This document shows positions 58,801 to 64,000 of a DNA stretch of 64,000 nt, piece after piece (the first letter of the stretch is position 1; every line of letters begins with the position of its first letter). The notes under the pieces are model-generated. The model ran no database searches and had not been told where the DNA came from. It saw nothing but the letters and a program-made list of their open reading frames with translations. Position numbers and translations under genes: made by a program. The stretch is from Paramoeba atlantica. Taxonomy: Eukaryota > Protista > Discosea. The DNA is taken from assembly GCA_977017575.1 (NCBI GenBank), contig CDRNVI010000145.1, positions 26,797 to 90,796 of the forward strand, written 5' to 3'.

Positions 58801-61800
58801 TTTATGGTTTTTTTATTTGTTAAAAAAAATTATTTTCTTATTTCTTCTTTTTCTTATTTTTTTGTATGAAAGGGAGGAGATATGATGGAACAGCCTTGAG
58901 AAAAGGAGAAGATGGTATTCGCCATGCAAATGCATATGATCGTCTTCAATATGTCTGTACTGCTTTGGATATTTTGTAATTCTTTCTCATTTCTTTTCCT
59001 CCTATTCTTCCTGTTTTTTCTAAGTTTCTCTCTCTTTTTTTAAATAGGCGAAGAAATAATGGGAGATTTCCGTACATTTTTGAGTCAAATGTCGCTGAAA
59101 CTGCAGGTTTATTTTCTTAGTTCAAACGTTTTTTTTTTTTTTGATTCAATGATTCTTAAGAAATTCTTTCTTCAGGTCTCCAAGAATCACTTGCAGAATC
59201 TCTCCGACTCTCCGCTTCAGAAGATATGAGGTTTCAATTCTCGTTTTTTTTTTTTTCGTTTTTTAATTTTTTTTTTAATTTATTCTGCTTGTTTTTTTGC
59301 TCTCTTCAAATTCTCATCCGTTTTTTTAGTGTGGATATTGCTGATGAAGATATCCCTGGATATTTGTGTTTTGATCTTCTTGTAAAGGCCAGTAATCTGC
59401 CTGGTGAGCGAGTTTCGTTGTGGTGTTTGTGGAACTTTATCAATATGATTTATTGGCAGGTGATTTATTAATATAAGAAACTCAGTTTATTTTTTTTTTG
59501 GTGGGTTTGATTAATTTCTTTTCCTCTCTTTATAGATTCGTGATATGCACTATCCAGAATCTCCTTTAAATGGTGTTTGTATGCCCTCTGATGAAGGGGA
59601 TGTACAAGAAGCAAATAAGAAAGAAACAGATGAGGCTAAGAGGCTTGTTAAGGTTTGATCGAACTTCAATCATTCTTATTTTCTTTTTTGTTCCTTTTAT
59701 TTTCTCTTTTTTTTTTCTCATCGATAATATTGTACATAATAGGGAGAGATTCTCGCTTTTATTTTGAGAACTGCTCGCGAATTTGCTACACGACAATCTA
59801 ATGAAATTCCACCCAATGAAGTTATTGGAATGGAGGTTCATAATAATCTCTTTTTTCTCTTTTCTCTTTTCTCTGTAACTCAACACTCCTTTCTTTAATT
59901 TCTCTCTCTCATTCTGATCTTTGTTTTAGGTGAGTGGCTTTGTTCGAAATGATTTCAATGGAACATGGACAAAACAACTTTACGAACATGATGGAGAAGC
60001 GGTATATTCGACTGGAGGTTTTTTTTCTCTCTCTCTTTTGCATTTTTCACTGTTCTCAACAAGGCTTCTTCCCTTTCCCTTTTTTTAAACTATTTTCATT
60101 GACTAGGGTTCAGAAATGTTACCTTTTACCTCTACTACCGAGCAGTTGAGAAGGGTTGGGTTTGTATTTTCATTTCATTTGCCAATCAAATTAATTCCCT
60201 TTAAATTCAATCTTGTTTTTCTTAGGTTGTTGATGATATGATTGCCAAAGATGGTCCTTCTTTCTCTCACAGTACATCATCTGACATTAACTCGGTGTGG
60301 AAGACATGTGCAAGTTGGCAAACAGATCGAAATATTAAAGTAAGTAATTTTCTTTTGGTTTGAGAAAGAGAGAGAAAAAAGAGAAGGAAGAAAAGAGAGA
60401 AGGAAGAAAAGAGAGAAGAAAAGAGATACCAAACCTCCCTAATCCCCCCTCTCTCCCTTCTTTTCTCCCAGACCACAAAAGTCAAAAACCCAAAAGGACA
60501 TCTTGGAGAAGCAATTGAAATTAAGGGATTTCCTGTAAATTCTTTAGAGAATGGAGTTTATATGCGATTGCCACCTTATGATGATATTGATGGACATCCC
60601 CATTATTTAAAGGTTCTTTTTTCCCTTTTTTTAATTCAATTTTTTTTTTTTGAGAGGAATATTCATTTTTTTGAATCTCTTTTTACTTTACAGAACGAGA
60701 ATGGACATCGTCGTCATTTATTCTTTAGCAACATGGAAAACATGTGGCAAATTTGTCCGATTTGTACACCTGATGAAGGAGCATTTGGTATTGCCACTTC
60801 ATTGACTGGATGTTGGAGTATGATGCCTCCTGATTCTGTGGAAAAGAGCACCAAATTTCGACTCATGAGGTAAGAGAGGAAAAGAAATAGGAGTTCTCAA
60901 GAGGGGAGGGAGGGAAGGAAGAAAAAGAGAAAGTTAAAAGGAAGAGAGGATGGTTTTTTTAAATTCTTTTTTTAGGTATGGTGATAAAGATGCTAAGAAA
61001 GAGAACTCTGTTGCGATTGACCAATTCCTCCCTGACTTTATGTTGGAGGAAGATGATGCAGAACAACTCCTTGCCAAGAAAGATGAGGATTTTAAAGAAT
61101 TTTTAGGTTTTTTTTTTGTGTTCTCAGAAGAACAAAGAGAAAAGAGAGGAATAGAAGAGACGGAAAAGAGAAAGGGGAAAAAGAAAAGGCTCTTTTTTTT
61201 AAATTTCTTTTTCTCTTTTTTAGCACTCGAAAAACTCTTTGAAAAAACAAAACGATGGGCTGATAGTAACCACGAATGTCTCCTTTTCTCCAACAAAAAC
61301 CACATTGTCTCTTTTATGTCGATGGATCCAAAAGTCATGAGAAAAAATATGCACCCTAATTTGTTGGAGTTTTTGCAACAAAATCGGATCAATGTTGGAG
61401 AATCGTTGAATGAGTTGTCGTCACGCCATCATGAAATTTTGGGGGCTTTGACTGAAGTTTATAGGACAAAGGATGAAGCAAAGAACATGATGGAGGTGAG
61501 AGCCATTTTTTGTGTTATTCTTATTTGTTTTGTGTTTTTTAAATCTTTAAATGATTTTCGCTTTCATTCTTTTTTCTTTGGGTTTTTTTTTTCTCATCTC
61601 ACTAATTTTTATCTCTTACTCAAAAAAGGGCCACTATGTTTTAACTGGTGACAATCTCCTCAAAATGTTGGCCATTTTTATTCGTCTTCGAGTTGGAATC
61701 CCGGTCATCTTAATGGGAGAATGTGGATGTGGTAAAACTGCATTATTAAAATATTTATGTGGTTGGTTGGGCGTGGAGTTAATTGTTTTGGATGTTCATG

Positions 61801-64000
61801 GTGGAACTACCCCAGAAGATATTGTTGCAATCTTTGATGTTGCAGAAGAGGCAAGGAAGAAGAGTTATGAAGAGACTGGGAAGAAGACAAATGTGTATGT
61901 CTTTTTGGATGAGGTGAATGCTTGTAATCACATGGGGTTGATTTGTGAGGTTATTACAAAGCGGTCGTTACATGGTGCTCCTTTACATGATGGAATCCAT
62001 ATCCTTGCTGCGTTGAACCCTTATCGCCGTCGCCCGCCACAAGAAGAAACCTTTGGTTTAGTTTACAAACACAAGAAAGGATCTGTTGCTCCTGTGATGC
62101 AGGATGAAATGTCCACACTTGTGTACCGTGTGACACCCATTCCTGCATCATTGCGGGACTTTGTTTTTGATTTTGGAGCTTTGGAATTGAAACAAGAGAG
62201 GATGTATGTTCGATCTATGATTTTGGACTTTTTGGATCTTCCTTCTATTGAGGTGCGTTTTTTCTTTCTTTCCAAAAGCAAATTCATTCATTTTTTTTTT
62301 TTTTTCTTGAATCAAAATAGTTTTATTTTTTTATTTTACTAAAATTTAATGTGGTGAAATTAATATAGGGATTGGAGCACAAAGAACAAGTCCGATTGAC
62401 AGCACAGAGAGAAAAAGATTATAATTTGATTACTGATTTAGTTGTGGAGTCACAAACTTTTGTCCGGAATCGGGAGGGAGATCCTAGTTCTGTGAGTTTG
62501 AGAGATGTCAGACGATTTTTGTTCTTTGCAAACTTTTTCATTAATATGAAGAAGCCGTATTCGGATGCGATTTTGGTGAATGCTGTTGTTGTTTCTCTTG
62601 CTTTGGTGTATTATTATCGCCTTTCAAGGTTTCTTTTTTTTTTTCTTTTTAAAGAATCCATTTTTTCAATGAAATTCATTTTATTTTTTTATTCATTTTT
62701 CTCATTCATTTTTCTTTCAGGGAAGAACACCGAAAGAATTTCTGGATTCGAATTTGCGATACCGAAAATGATCTGAACCGTCTAGGTTTTTTAACTCTCT
62801 CTCTTTTTTTTTGGCCTTCTTTTTGTTTTTAATTTTCCATTCTCTTTCACAGCAAATGGAACTTCTTTCAAAATGCCCCAAAAAGTATCAGAAAAGCATC
62901 GAAAATATTCTTCTTATTTTGCTTCTCTTCTTAAGAAGACTCAGAAGACTTTCTGTGAAGAATTGGATGTTGAGGAGGGAATTGCTTTGAATAATGCCTT
63001 GACTGAGAATTTGTTTGTAACAATTGTTTGTATTTTGAACAGGTTTTGTATTTATTGATTTATTTTTATTTCCAAAAAGACTTTCAAAATAATGACTTTT
63101 TTGATTCTATCCAGAGTTCCAGTTTTTCTTGTTGGAAAACCAGGGACCTCAAAGACTCTGACTTTGCAAATTATTTCTTCAAATTTACAAGGACAACAAA
63201 GTCCCAACCCATATTGGAAGAGGTTCGAAATATCCCCTCTCTTTTATCTTATTTTATTCTGATCTATTCATCCCTTTTTTCCAGATATCCTTCTGTATAT
63301 GTGTTTCCTTATCAATGCAGTCCTATGAGTGACAGTAGTTCAATTCAACATCAATTCCAAATGGCTGTCAGGTTCTAATTTTCTTTCTTTTCTCATATCT
63401 TTCCGTTCTTTTTTTCTTTTCTGAACTCTTTTTGTTTGTAGATATCAGGAACATGCAAACAATACCATCACTGTTCTTTTGTTGGATGAGGTTTTGCTCC
63501 TTTTTCCTCTTTTTTTTTTTCAGAAGTTCTTTTTTTTTTTAATAACTCACCTTTTCTGTTCTCCTTTTTTTTCTTTTCTCTTAATAGGTTGGTCTGGCAG
63601 AACACAGCCCTGATATGCCCCTCAAGTGTCTTCACGGAATGCTTGTAAATCCTCCAATTGCTATTGTAGGGTAATCTTACTCTCTTCTTTTCACCCTTTC
63701 TCTCTCTTTCCTCTCCTTTTTTTCTTTTCAAATTCTTTTCTCTTTTCTTTTCTTCTTCTCTCTCTCTCTCAAGTCTAAATTGAAAAAATAGGTTAAGTAA
63801 TTGGGTTTTGGATCCAGCAAAAATGAATCGTGCTGTCCTTGTCCAGAGACCTGAGCCAGATAGTAATGATATCTCTTCGACAGGTTTTTTTTCTCTCTTT
63901 TTTTCTCAATTTTAAGGATTTTTGTCTTGATTTTCTCAATTTCTCAATTTTTTAGGTGAATCAATTTTGGGAATCCCTCCATCTGTGAAAGCACCACTGG
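52807..64000 (+). CDS. RNF213: RNF213 (mysterin)-like giant multi-AAA+ ATPase, 3' partial, many introns
   Basis: Motifs: SDYAGAGKS (~58001-58027), VILMGECGCGKT (~61704-61739), VFLDEVN, LAALNPYRRR, LVYRVTPIP, DFVFDFGAL, SSVSLRDV, FLVGKPGTSKT (~63125-63157), YQCS, LLLDEVGLAEHSPDMPLKCLH and SNWVLDPAKMNRA. This order matches the RNF213 AAA core. It is a homologue; orthology was not tested. Confidence 0.88.

Noticed and set aside
1-64000. tRNA, rRNA or non-standard genetic code
   Set aside because: No recognisable structural RNA motifs were found. TAA, TAG and TGA all act as stops and long exons read through without them.

Overview
This is an AT-rich, intron-rich eukaryotic genomic window, probably from a protist, using the standard code; I could not identify the organism. 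All sequence comparisons were done by eye, and family assignments rest on recalled motifs rather than database searches. It has four parts. (1) 1-10503: the 3' part of a giant intronless ORF made of about 43 indel-free 240-bp repeats, whose 40-aa half-unit (LSIxNGGTGxxxxxxARxNLxLGxL) resembles a phage tail-fibre motif. (2) About 10.9-43.6 kb: nine tandem minus-strand ankyrin-repeat genes with roughly one repeat per phase-0 exon. They show hypervariable predicted binding surfaces, mosaic haplotypes, an in-frame exon-pair triplication and an acidic, NLS-like tail, which suggests a diversifying 'natural DARPin' family. (3) 43789-45885: a young 2.1-kb DNA transposon with perfect 112-bp TIRs and a piggyBac-type DDD transposase, flanked by GTAC instead of TTAA. 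(4) 46.5-64 kb: a RasGEF, an unknown Cys/His protein, an intronless uL10/P0 with an internal deletion of about 50 aa, a SPRY-like gene and the 5' part of an RNF213-like AAA+ gene.
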